64,000 nucleotides of DNA, from assembly GCA_965243025.1 (NCBI GenBank), contig CBDETY010000003.1, positions 64,001-128,000 on the forward strand, written 5' to 3'. Source of the DNA: Candidatus Latescibacterota bacterium (GTDB lineage Bacteria > Latescibacterota > UBA2968 > UBA8231). Shown here piece by piece: positions 40,646 through 49,634 of this stretch. The position numbers and the translations under genes were made by a program. Each line of letters opens with the position of its first letter. Positions within the stretch are counted from its first letter, which is position 1. The notes under the pieces are model-generated. The model was given only the letters and a program-made list of their open reading frames with translations, did no database searches and was not told the DNA's origin.

Positions 40646-42643
40646 GTGCTGAAAGAGAGGGATCGCTCCACCCGGGATCTGGAAGAATACCGCGGCCTGA
40701 TGGAGGTGCCGTCCGAGTTCGAGGATGGCTTCAACATGCGCTCGGTCCTCGGCGCCTTCTTCATCGGTTTCGTCATGCTTCCCGGGTCGATCTATCTCGG
40801 TCTCATTGCCGGGCGCGGCATGGGACCGGCGGCGGAGTGGGTCACCATCATCCTGTTCGCCGAGATCGCCCGGCGGTCGTTCACCGTCCTGCGCAAGCAG
40901 GAAGTTTTCATCCTCTTCTACATCGCCGGCGGCCTGACGGAGGTGGTGCTCGGCGGCGGCCTGATGCTGGCCGGCGGTCCCTTCGCCGAGGCGATGTGGC
41001 ATCAGTACCTGGTCCAGTCCACCGCCGCCGAGGGGTTCGGCATCTCCGGGCAGATTCCCGAATGGGTATCCCCGCCGGCCGATTCGCCGGCCATGGTGCA
41101 CCGCACCCTGTTCCACAAGGCGTGGATCCCCGCCGTCGCCCTCATCGCCTTCAAGTACATCGCCACCAGGGTGGCCTGGTTCGGCGCCGGTTACACGCTC
41201 TTCCGCATCACCTCCGACAGGGAGAATCTGCCGTTTCCGATGGCGCCGGTCGGCGCCCAGGGAGCGCTGGCGCTGGCCGAATCGACCGGCGAGAAGGAGA
41301 CGTGGCGCTGGAACGTCTTCATCGTCGGGATGACGACCGGGGTCCTCTTCGGCACCGTCTACGTCGGCGTGCCCGCCCTCACCGGGCTGATCATGAAGGA
41401 GCCGCTCAACCTCATCCCCATTCCCTGGATCGACACGACCTTCCTCACCGAATCCTTCCTCCCGGCCAGCCCCACCGGGTTGATGACCGATCTCGGCGTG
41501 GTGATCACCGGCTTCGTGCTGCCGTTCTGGGTGGTCGTCGGCGGCTTCCTCATGGCCATGGTTTACGTGCTGGTCAATCCCCTGCTCTACAACGCCGGGC
41601 TGCTGACGATCTGGCGCCCGGGCATGGACACGGTGACCACGGAGTTCGCCAACTCCGTGGATCTGTGGATGAGCGTGGCCATTGGAATGGGCTTCGCCGT
41701 CGCCGCGATCGGCCTGGTCACCGTCTTCCTTTCCGCGAGGCGGACGGCGCGCGCGCGGACCGGGAAGCCCGCCTCCTCGGCGCCGCCCCCGGGGCGCGGC
41801 GACATCCCGTTCTGGGTCGGGATCGGGCTGTACGTGCTGGCCACCAGCGGCTACATAGCGGTCTGCATGCTGATTCTCGAAGACGACGAATTCCCCCTCG
41901 GCTTCCTGCTCCTCTTCGGCTTCCTGCTCACGCCCGTGCTCTCCTACATCAATGCGCGCATGGTCGGCATGACGGGACAGACCGTGGGTTTTCCCATGGT
42001 TCGCGAAGGCTCCTTCATCCTCTCGGGCTACAGGGGTGTCGACATCTGGTTCGCGCCGGTCCCCTATGACAACTACGGCGCCAGCGTGCAGCTGTTCAGG
42101 CAGTTCGAGCTGACCGGGACGCGCTTCACCAGCATCATCAAGGCCGAGCTCCTGCTGATTCCGGTGGCCCTCGGCTGCAGCCTGCTCTTCTGGACCCTGA
42201 TCTGGAACAGCACTTCCATCCCTTCGCCGATCTTCCAGTACGCGCAGAAGTTCTGGCACCTCACCGCGCTCCGGCAGTCGATCTGGATCTCGGCGACGAC
42301 CGAGGGCAACCACCTGTTCATGGAGGCGATCAAGTTCGACTGGATCGGGGCGGGCTTTCTGTTCGGAGTATGTTCGTACGTCCTGCTGACCGTGCTGGGA
42401 CTGCCGGTCCTGCTCATCTACGGATTCATCAGGGGGGTGGGGCAGTTGTCCCATCTGCTGATCCCGGAAATGATCGGCGCCATGCTGGGGCGCTACTATT
42501 TCGAGAGGCGGTTCGGCAAACGGAAGTGGCGCCAGTACGCGCCGGTGCTGCTGGCGGGTTACGCGGCGGGAATGGGACTGATCGGCATGAGCACCGTAGC
42601 CATCGCCCTGGTTTCGAAGTCGGTGTCCCAGCTGCCTTATTGA
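40646..42643 (+). CDS. OPT-superfamily (oligopeptide transporter-like) membrane protein
   Basis: FEDGFNMRSVLGAFF, AAEWVTIILF, DRENLPFPMAPVGAQGA and LLAGYAAGMGL. Many TM segments. Confidence 0.78.
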   Translation: MLKERDRSTRDLEEYRGLMEVPSEFEDGFNMRSVLGAFFIGFVMLPGSIYLGLIAGRGMGPAAEWVTIILFAEIARRSFTVLRKQEVFILFYIAGGLTEVVLGGGLMLAGGPFAEAMWHQYLVQSTAAEGFGISGQIPEWVSPPADSPAMVHRTLFHKAWIPAVALIAFKYIATRVAWFGAGYTLFRITSDRENLPFPMAPVGAQGALALAESTGEKETWRWNVFIVGMTTGVLFGTVYVGVPALTGLIMKEPLNLIPIPWIDTTFLTESFLPASPTGLMTDLGVVITGFVLPFWVVVGGFLMAMVYVLVNPLLYNAGLLTIWRPGMDTVTTEFANSVDLWMSVAIGMGFAVAAIGLVTVFLSARRTARARTGKPASSAPPPGRGDIPFWVGIGLYVLATSGYIAVCMLILEDDEFPLGFLLLFGFLLTPVLSYINARMVGMTGQTVGFPMVREGSFILSGYRGVDIWFAPVPYDNYGASVQLFRQFELTGTRFTSIIKAELLLIPVALGCSLLFWTLIWNSTSIPSPIFQYAQKFWHLTALRQSIWISATTEGNHLFMEAIKFDWIGAGFLFGVCSYVLLTVLGLPVLLIYGFIRGVGQLSHLLIPEMIGAMLGRYYFERRFGKRKWRQYAPVLLAGYAAGMGLIGMSTVAIALVSKSVSQLPY

Positions 42644-42687
42644 GTTCGGCATCGTCGCAAAACCAAACGCTCCAAAGAAAGGCTCCC

Positions 42688-43698
42688 ATGCGAACAATCG
42701 GCATCGGCTGCTACGGAACGAACGGCCACCAGATACTCGGTCTGGCGCCTGTGTTGAAGGGCGCCTCCATCGAGGCCGTCGCCGGCGTCTCCGAAGCGGA
42801 GTTCGCCAGGATTGCGGAGGAACATCCGAACCTGGCGGGGAGCATGAAGCACCTCCCCGACCTGGAGGCGCTGCTGGCCGACGAGCGGCTCGCCATGATC
42901 AGCCTCTGCAGCCCGCGGCGGGACCGTCAGGCGGAGGAGACGATCCGCGCTCTCGAGGCGGGCAAGCATGTCCTGGCGGAAAAACCGCTCTGCCTGACGC
43001 TGGAGGAACTGCAGCGCATCCGCGGCGCCGAGGAACGGACCGACAGGGAGCTGCGCGCCATGACCGGGTCGATCTACGAGTCCTCCTGGACGGCAATGAA
43101 GGAGGTGGTCGACAGCGGCGAAATCGGAGAGCCGGTGCAGGTCGCGGCGCAGAAATCCTACCCCTACCACGACAGACGCCCCCAGGACCGGGGCGTCGAC
43201 GGCGGCCTGATCCGCCAGGCGGGAATCCACGCCGTCACCTTCATCCGCTGGGCGACCGGCCGTGAGTTCACAACGGTCTCAGCCTTCGATTCCACCAGCG
43301 GCAATCCGCGCGCCGGCCGGCTGCAGATGACGGCCGGACTTGCCTTCACCCTCGACAACGGAGGCACCGGAGCCGCCAACCTCAACTACCTCAATCCGCG
43401 CCAGACCGGCAGCTGGGGCGACGACCGGCTGCGGGTGTACGGCACCGAAGGCATGGTGGAGAACCTGCGGGGGACAGCCCGCCTCCAGGTCGCGACCAAC
43501 CGCAAGGGGACGCGCGAAATCGAAGCGCCGGCGGAAAGCCCCGGCAGGCTGGAGCAGGCCTTCATCGACCTGATCCTGCACGGAACCCCGATGCGCGCCA
43601 GCGCCGGGGACTGCCTGCTGGAGACCGAGGTGGTGTGCGCCGCCCAGCTCTCCGCGGACCGGGGCGGTGAGCCCGTTCGCATCGGGCAGGGGGTTTAG
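42688..43698 (+). CDS. Gfo/Idh/MocA family oxidoreductase
   Basis: ALEAGKHVLAEKP and GGLIRQAGIH. Start re-called at MRTIGIG. Confidence 0.88.
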   Translation: MRTIGIGCYGTNGHQILGLAPVLKGASIEAVAGVSEAEFARIAEEHPNLAGSMKHLPDLEALLADERLAMISLCSPRRDRQAEETIRALEAGKHVLAEKPLCLTLEELQRIRGAEERTDRELRAMTGSIYESSWTAMKEVVDSGEIGEPVQVAAQKSYPYHDRRPQDRGVDGGLIRQAGIHAVTFIRWATGREFTTVSAFDSTSGNPRAGRLQMTAGLAFTLDNGGTGAANLNYLNPRQTGSWGDDRLRVYGTEGMVENLRGTARLQVATNRKGTREIEAPAESPGRLEQAFIDLILHGTPMRASAGDCLLETEVVCAAQLSADRGGEPVRIGQGV

Positions 43699-43862
43699 TG
43701 TCCCGTCGCAGAAATATGTCGACATCGGGAAGCCGATCCATCCCGGCTCACGGCGTTGCCTTCGCTCGCCGTACACCCTCGGTACGACTCGCTCAGGCGC
43801 CTTGTGAGCCGGGCGCCTCGGCATCCCGATTCTGTCAATCTATCTCTGCGACGGGACACCAG
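43695..43862. mobile_element. ~165-bp non-autonomous MITE with terminal inverted repeats and a Correia/ERIC-like core
   Basis: Ends (ta)gtgtcccgtcgcagaaata / tatctctgcgacgggacac(ca). Nested inverted repeats atcgggaagccga/tcggcatcccgat and cccggctcac/gtgagccggg. Core ggcgttgcc..gccgtac..gtac..cgccttgt. Confidence 0.8.
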
Positions 43863-43928
43863 TGTCCTGGACATTCCCGACGACTCCGCACTTCTTCGCC
43901 CGGCGTACTTCTTTCAGGGAGATCACCC

Positions 43929-44651
43929 ATGCACCTCAAGCACATGCGTCCCTACCAGCTGAAAGCGGCGGCGGCCGCCAACCAGCCGCTGCTGGTGCCG
44001 GCCGGCTGTATCGAGACCCACGGTCCGCACATGGCCATCGGCCACGACACCATCATCGTCGAGGAGATCTGCGCCCGCATCGCCGAGCGCGTCGGCGTCG
44101 TCATCGCCCCTTCCTTCGACTACGGGCCCACGGCGTACGCCCTGGGCGGGCCGGCCGACGGCACCATCGACCCCGACTACGACGGCTTCCACCGCCTCGT
44201 CAAGTCCGTGTTGCGCAATTTCCTCGAAATGGGGTTCAAGCGCGTCGTCGTCATCATCATGCACCAGGGAATGGGGGGCCCCCTGGCCCAGTCGTTTTCG
44301 AAGGCTGCCTCGGAGCTTTCCGGGGAGCGGGTGCTCGAGCAATACCCGCGCGGCTGGTGGGCGGACCCGGCGCTGCGCGACAGGTGGGGCGATTTCGGGA
44401 GCGTCCAGGTCGAGCCGATGATCCTGCCGGAGGCTTCCCCCCCGGCAGGAGGCGACCACGCCGGGTACAACGAGACGTCCTTTCTCATCGCCACCCGTCC
44501 CGAGCTCGTCGAGCAGGACCGTCTCGACGGAGACGCCCCCTGGTACTGCGGCGTCGAGGGGGAGGAGCGCACGAGCTGGAGCGCCAACGCCGGGCACGGA
44601 CAGGCCATGGTCGACGCCGTCGTCGACGCCTGGGTGTCCCGGTTGGGTTAG
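43929..44651 (+). CDS. Creatininase family amidohydrolase
   Basis: PAGCIETHGPHMAIGHD, MHQG and DHAGYNETS motifs. Start re-called at MHLKHMRP. Confidence 0.88.
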   Translation: MHLKHMRPYQLKAAAAANQPLLVPAGCIETHGPHMAIGHDTIIVEEICARIAERVGVVIAPSFDYGPTAYALGGPADGTIDPDYDGFHRLVKSVLRNFLEMGFKRVVVIIMHQGMGGPLAQSFSKAASELSGERVLEQYPRGWWADPALRDRWGDFGSVQVEPMILPEASPPAGGDHAGYNETSFLIATRPELVEQDRLDGDAPWYCGVEGEERTSWSANAGHGQAMVDAVVDAWVSRLG

Positions 44652-44674
44652 AGGGTGCTGAGCGAACTGTCGGG

Positions 44675-44862
44675 TTAATTCTGAGCTATCAGGCCGGCGA
44701 CCTTCTCGGCCAGACGAACGGCCTCCTCGGCCGCATTGAGGTCGGGTTCTACCGGGCTCTCACTCGGATACCGTACTGCCGTTCCATATTCATTCAGAAT
44801 TCAGCCTCCAGATCCTGCTTCGCCTTCTCAAACCAGTCCCGCTCAGGCCGCAGGTCGCTCAT
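44675..44862 (-). pseudogene. HEPN-domain gene with internal deletion and frameshift
   Basis: N-terminus MSDLRPERDWFEKAKQDLEA runs to an early stop. A different frame gives the HEPN C-terminus ILNEYGTAVRYPSE..AEEAVRLAEKV. The middle is missing. Confidence 0.75.
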
Positions 44863-45184
44863 ACAGCACCTCGCCCTCTTCAAATGCCTTGTGGATCAAC
44901 GAATACGGATCGTTGCGCTGCTGGGCTACAGCTTCTGGAGACCTCACAATCACATCGACGGGCAGCACGAATCGCTCGGCGATTGCCCGCCGAATGGGAT
45001 TGCCCCGCCCCCTTTCCCTCTCATCCCGCATCACGACCAACAGGTCCACATCACTGTGCACTCCAGCCTGTCCGCGGGCGTGGCTGCCGAAGAGGATGAC
45101 CTGATCCGGATCAAAGCGTTCAGCGATCAACCGGGCGATGGCCTGGATGGTGGGTTTGTCGATTCGGACTTCAATGGTCTCCAT
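44843..45184 (-). CDS. Minimal nucleotidyltransferase (MNT antitoxin-type)
   Basis: ILFGSHARG...SDVDLLVV (GS..DxD) motif, PVDVIV, and RBS gaggag. Confidence 0.9.
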   Translation of the reverse strand: METIEVRIDKPTIQAIARLIAERFDPDQVILFGSHARGQAGVHSDVDLLVVMRDERERGRGNPIRRAIAERFVLPVDVIVRSPEAVAQQRNDPYSLIHKAFEEGEVLYERPAA

Positions 45185-45447
45185 CAATGACCCTCCTCAT
45201 CAAGGACCCCCTCCTGATCGCAAGAGGATCTACATGTACAAAGAGCCTTGCCTGCTCAGTCGGTGGTCTGTCCGAACAAGAATACGAAGGCCGCATGGTT
45301 TTTGCCCCATGACAACTCTGGAAGCAATTCCAGGATTCTGGTCCTGGGCAAACTCGATAACGGCCGCTGCAAGGGCCGCGCGATGGCCTCTTGGGTGCAA
45401 GGCCATCGTGGCTTCATCAAAAACCAACATGTCTGGCGGTTCTGAGG

Positions 45448-46332
45448 TTACCCCGATTTCACGGACAGTTTTCCGTTTGGATTTATACCCCTTGATAAAT
45501 GATACCTCTCGTAGTTGATGGGAGATCGTTGTCCCAGGGCCGAGTGCCGCCGATGGGGGTTGTACCAGCCTTCCAGGTATTCGAAAACCGTACGCTGGGC
45601 TTGCGACTGGGTAGCAAACCGATGACGATCCAGCAGCTCCCTTTCCAAGGTGGCGAAAAAGCTTTCGCACAGAGCATTGTCGAAGCAGTCACCGACCGAT
45701 CCCATCGACGGACGTACCCCGGCCTGGCGACAGCGCTTCCCGAAGGCCAGGGCCGTATACTGACTGCCGTGGTCGGAGTGGTGAATCACTTTCTTGGGAC
45801 GGCGCCGGTGCAGGGCCATGTCAAGGGCGTCCAGCACCAACTGCGTACGCATATGGTTCGCCATGGCCCAGCCCACCACTCGGCGGCTCCAGGCGTCCAT
45901 GACCACGCTCAGATACAAAAACCCCGACCTCGTGGGAATGTAGGTGAGATCGGCAACCCACAGGCGATTCGGGCCGGAGACCGAAAACACCCGCTTGACC
46001 AGGTCGGAGGCGACCCGGCCCTGCCGGCCGCGACGGGTGGTGGAGAGGCGGCGGCGGGCGCATACCCCGCGCACCCCGAGCTCAAGCATCAATCGGGCGA
46101 TGCGCTTGCGACCGATGGCTTGGCCCTCCTCGGCCAGTTCGGCCCGGATCCTCGGCGCTCCATAAGTGCCCCGGGAGTGTTGGTGGATCTGCTCGACACG
46201 TGCCTTGAGCACGGCATCGGCCCGGGCGCGACCCGAAGGCGGGCGTTTCAACCAGGCGTAGTAGCCGCTGGGGGAGACCTTCAGCACGCGGCACATCGTC
46301 AGCACCGGAAAGTCGGCCTGGTGCGCTCTCAT
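45448..46332 (-). CDS. IS3 transposase OrfB (DDE integrase core)
   Basis: WVADLTYI, HHSDHGSQY, DNALCESFFATLERE and YNPHRRHSALG motifs. Confidence 0.95.
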   Translation of the reverse strand: MRAHQADFPVLTMCRVLKVSPSGYYAWLKRPPSGRARADAVLKARVEQIHQHSRGTYGAPRIRAELAEEGQAIGRKRIARLMLELGVRGVCARRRLSTTRRGRQGRVASDLVKRVFSVSGPNRLWVADLTYIPTRSGFLYLSVVMDAWSRRVVGWAMANHMRTQLVLDALDMALHRRRPKKVIHHSDHGSQYTALAFGKRCRQAGVRPSMGSVGDCFDNALCESFFATLERELLDRHRFATQSQAQRTVFEYLEGWYNPHRRHSALGQRSPINYERYHLSRGINPNGKLSVKSG

Positions 46333-46643
46333 GAACTCGTAGACGGGCCGGACTCCGAGTCGGCCTCGCGAGCGAACCAGGCCGTGGCTTTTGCCAGGAT
46401 CTCCCGTTCGATACGCAGTTGCTTGTTCTCACGGCGAAGGCGCCGCAATTCCTCCTGCTCCGGACGGGAGGGGCCGTCGCGGCGCACCCCCTCATCGCGT
46501 TCGGCCTGGATCACCCAGTTGCGGATCGTCTGCCCGGACGGCTCGAATTCCTTGGCCAGCGACTCCGGACTACGACCCGCCCGTACCAGTTCCACCATCT
46601 GTTGCCGGAATTCGGGCGGATAAGGGGAATGGGATTTCGGCAT
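46329..46643 (-). CDS. IS3 transposase OrfA (HTH)
   Basis: YPPEFRQQMVELV..LAKEF..TIRNW..EELRRLRREN..EREILAKA. ATGA overlap with orfB. Confidence 0.95.
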   Translation of the reverse strand: MPKSHSPYPPEFRQQMVELVRAGRSPESLAKEFEPSGQTIRNWVIQAERDEGVRRDGPSRPEQEELRRLRRENKQLRIEREILAKATAWFAREADSESGPSTSS

Positions 46644-46898
46644 GGTTGGACACCCTCCTTTCTTTCAAGAAATGAAGTGTCCACGAAATCGGGTCAACTC
46701 CAGTTCATCGGATTCGGGGCGGATGTCAAACGATCGACCGAATGACAAGTAGAGGGCGACGAGGTCCTCGATTGCCTGGGAGCCGAACAATCATGTCAAG
46801 CCAGGGGCTTGCTTGAACAGTAGACCCAGAATCCCACTCTGACCTGCCGCATCGCCTATGTGCAAGGTGTGACTCTTGACAACAGTCACGGCCATCTT

Positions 46899-46985
46899 CA
46901 CCGCCACCCTCGTTTCCGCATCCCCCGCCGCCAGGGTGTTCATCCAGGCCAGGATCAGCTCCTCAGTGCGATAGCGGCCGAATTG
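46899..46985 (-). pseudogene. Short remnant resembling the C-terminus of a type IIG (Eco57I-like) restriction-modification enzyme
   Basis: Translates QFGRYRTEELILAWMNTLAAGDAETRVAV. The family match is recalled from memory, not searched. Confidence 0.45.
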
Positions 46986-47136
46986 CCCTGGGCTGCCCGA
47001 AGGTTCTGCGCCGGGGGGCGCGGTAACAGTCGCGGCCTATGGAAGAATGGGAATTTCTCGCGCCCCCGGAACCGCCGAAATCGCTGTCCACTTCATGGGA
47101 CGTCCGGGATTTTCGGGGCCGGCTGCCGGATGCGGG

Positions 47137-48252
47137 TCAGGGCTCGACGACCACCTTCATCGAACCCTCGCTGCCGGTGAGGCGGATACCCTCCTCGGTA
47201 TCGGCGAGCGTCACCCGGTGGGTGATGAAGCGGTCGAGGGGGGCGGCGGAGTTCTTGAGGAAGCTCAGCGCCGTCTTGAACTGCATCCCCGGGTAGGCCC
47301 ACATGCCGCGGATGTCGAGGTCCTTGAAGCAGACGGTGTTGGGGTGGATGTCGACGCCCCCCGGGTCGGTGAAGTGGCCGACCTCGACGACGATGCCGCC
47401 CCGCTTCACCAGGTCGAGGGACTCCTTGAAGACGACGGGGACCCCGGCGGTCTCGATGACGATGTCCGGGCCGATACCCCCGGTCAGATCCTGCACCGTC
47501 TGCTGCCGCTCCTCGAGATTGGCGGCGGCGTCGACTACCTGGTGCGCCCCCATCGCGGCGGCCATCTCCAGCCGCGAGGCGCTGAGGTCGGAAGCGATGA
47601 TCAGGTCGGTGCCGATGTGGGCGAGGACGGCGATGACGAGCTGGCCGATCGGCCCGGCCCCGAGCACGAGCACGGACTTGTCCATGCCCAGTCCTTCCCC
47701 GATGTGGGGGATGCCTGGCCCGAGGGCGCGCTCGACGGCGCGGGTGGCGACCGCGGCCGGCTCGGTGAGCACGGCCCGGTCCGAGCTCAGCTCGTCGGGG
47801 ATCCTGAAGATCCAGGAGCGCGGCCCCAGGTGCATCTGCTCGGCGAAACCGCCGCGCGGGGCCGGCGGCAGGTCGCAGGAGACGAACCCGTGGACGTAGC
47901 GCCCGGTGCAGAGGGTGGGGCGCTGCGGCATGTGCAGGCAGTAGTGGCAGCGGCTGCAGGCGGTCGAGCTCGGGGTGGTGGTGACGCGGTCCCCTTCGGC
48001 GAGGGAGCCCCCGACGACGGCCATCTCTTCGGCTGCTCGCGGCCCGATCTCGGCGATCCTGCCGACCAGCTCGTGCCCGGGAACGAGGGGGAACTGCAGC
48101 GGCATGTGGCCGGCGTAGATGTGCTTGTCGCTGCCGCAGATGCCGGTGCTCTCGATGTCGAGCAGCAGCTCGTCGGCGGCGATGCCGGGGCGCGGGAACT
48201 CCCGCACCTCGACGGCGCCGGGTTGCGTCATCACCGCCGCCTGAATCGCCAT
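47137..48252 (-). CDS. Zinc-binding (MDR) alcohol dehydrogenase
   Basis: GICGSD, GHE, CSRCHYC..C and GAGPIG motifs. Confidence 0.93.
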   Translation of the reverse strand: MAIQAAVMTQPGAVEVREFPRPGIAADELLLDIESTGICGSDKHIYAGHMPLQFPLVPGHELVGRIAEIGPRAAEEMAVVGGSLAEGDRVTTTPSSTACSRCHYCLHMPQRPTLCTGRYVHGFVSCDLPPAPRGGFAEQMHLGPRSWIFRIPDELSSDRAVLTEPAAVATRAVERALGPGIPHIGEGLGMDKSVLVLGAGPIGQLVIAVLAHIGTDLIIASDLSASRLEMAAAMGAHQVVDAAANLEERQQTVQDLTGGIGPDIVIETAGVPVVFKESLDLVKRGGIVVEVGHFTDPGGVDIHPNTVCFKDLDIRGMWAYPGMQFKTALSFLKNSAAPLDRFITHRVTLADTEEGIRLTGSEGSMKVVVEP

Positions 48253-48277
48253 CGCTCGTCCCCCTGACTGAAGCGGG

Positions 48278-49537
48278 TTACTCGAAGGGGAGCAGGTCGT
48301 CGTTGGCGTCGAACTGCATCTCCCGCGGCGGCTCGACGACGCTGAGTTCGTCGCGGCGCGCCACCTCCTTCTCGCAGGCCTCCGAAACGAGGATCTCCTC
48401 GACGTCGAGGGTGTTGCGGATGCGCATCACCCTGGCGTCGGGCGGCTCCACCAGCCCGCAGGTCGACAGCGCCGCTTCGAGCACCTTGCGGTCGCTGTCG
48501 AAGGAGATCGGCACCGCCCCGGCCGACGGGTGGTTGCCGGTCATGGTGTTGATGGCGGTCGCCTCGAGGTCGATCTGGTCGAGGATGCGCGAGTGGATGT
48601 AGTCGGCCATGCCGATGCCGGAGGCGTTGCCGTGGGTCTCCTCGGTAAGGCTGCGCACAGCGATGCGGGTGACCTTGGGGTACTCCTTCTCGGCGGCCTT
48701 GTGGTCGTAGTACTTGCGGCCGATGACGTTGGTGTCCATGCCGGAGCCGCTGATGTTCTTGCCCATCTCCTCGACGACGAGCACGTCGATCTGCTCGAAC
48801 GGCAGCGAGGGCATCCACTTCTTGGCCAGCAGCAGCAGCTCCTTCTCCCCCTCGACGAAGTTCTCCGGCTCCACGGCGCGCACCAGGGCGGTCCTGTCGT
48901 ACTGGTTCTCGACGATGCCGAGGCCGAACAGCACCCCGCACTTGTCGATCACCGTCTGGCCGACCGAGCGCACGATGCGGTCGAAGCTGTAGTGGACGAT
49001 GGCCTGGTGGTAGAGGGCGGCCCCTTTGTGCTTGCCCAGCCCGATCAGCATCATCTTGTGCAGGCCGCTCTCGATCTCCCCGACGAACCCGGTGTGCGGC
49101 TTGACGCGCCCGGCGACGACCACGTGGTCGGCCTCGTACGCGTACTTGTCGAAGAAGACGGGCACCCCGTCCCCGGTCTCGCCGACCTGCACCACCTCCA
49201 TCGACGACCGGATCGGCGCCCCGATGTACTCCTCGGTGACCCCGTAGCTCTCGATGATTTCCCGCTGCCCCTCGGCCCTGCCGCCGCCATGGCTGCCCAT
49301 CGCCGGGACTGCGAACGGCTCGGCACCCAGGGCCTGCAGCTCCTCGATCATCGATCTGGTGATCAGGGCGATGTTGGCGATGCCGCGGCTGCCGACGCTG
49401 ATGGCGACGCTGTCTCCCTTGCCGACCTTGCCGGAAAGGTTCAGCCCGGCGATCTCCTCGCGCACGGCGCCGGGAATGTCCTCGAGCGTAGGTCCGTCGA
49501 AACGCTGTTTTACCCGCATCATCCTGGGAAGTTGCAT
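48278..49537 (-). CDS. Lactate racemase N-terminal domain (LarA/DUF2088-like) protein
   Basis: VGSRGIANI, PAMGSHGG, RVKPHT, ESGLHKMMLIGLGK and GKNISGSGMDTNVIGR. Confidence 0.8.
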   Translation of the reverse strand: MQLPRMMRVKQRFDGPTLEDIPGAVREEIAGLNLSGKVGKGDSVAISVGSRGIANIALITRSMIEELQALGAEPFAVPAMGSHGGGRAEGQREIIESYGVTEEYIGAPIRSSMEVVQVGETGDGVPVFFDKYAYEADHVVVAGRVKPHTGFVGEIESGLHKMMLIGLGKHKGAALYHQAIVHYSFDRIVRSVGQTVIDKCGVLFGLGIVENQYDRTALVRAVEPENFVEGEKELLLLAKKWMPSLPFEQIDVLVVEEMGKNISGSGMDTNVIGRKYYDHKAAEKEYPKVTRIAVRSLTEETHGNASGIGMADYIHSRILDQIDLEATAINTMTGNHPSAGAVPISFDSDRKVLEAALSTCGLVEPPDARVMRIRNTLDVEEILVSEACEKEVARRDELSVVEPPREMQFDANDDLLPFE

Positions 49538-49634
49538 GATCCGCTCCTGCTATGTGAAGGTGTTTTCCAGTTCCGGTACAGCGGGGTCAAATGTAGGCAA
49601 TTCCGGGCGCCGGTCACGGGGCCGGCAAGGGGGT

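Larger units (their letters stand above)
45443..46702 (-). mobile_element. Complete IS3-family insertion sequence (1260 bp)
   Basis: TG...CA ends with imperfect IRs tgaggttaccccgatttcacggaca / tgtccacgaaatcgggtcaactcca. GTTC direct repeat at 45439-45442 and 46703-46706. Confidence 0.95.
45230..46790 (-). pseudogene. Remnant of an ABC/AAA-type ATPase gene interrupted by IS3
   Basis: Removing the IS and one target copy restores ...LVALYLSFGRSFDIRPESDE-PPDMLVFDEATMALHP..., a Walker B/D-loop-like segment. No Walker A was found. Confidence 0.45.

Noticed and set aside
46869-46889. Palindrome gtgact-cttgacaac-agtcac
   Set aside because: Short isolated inverted repeat inside the decayed islet, with no second copy or function evident.
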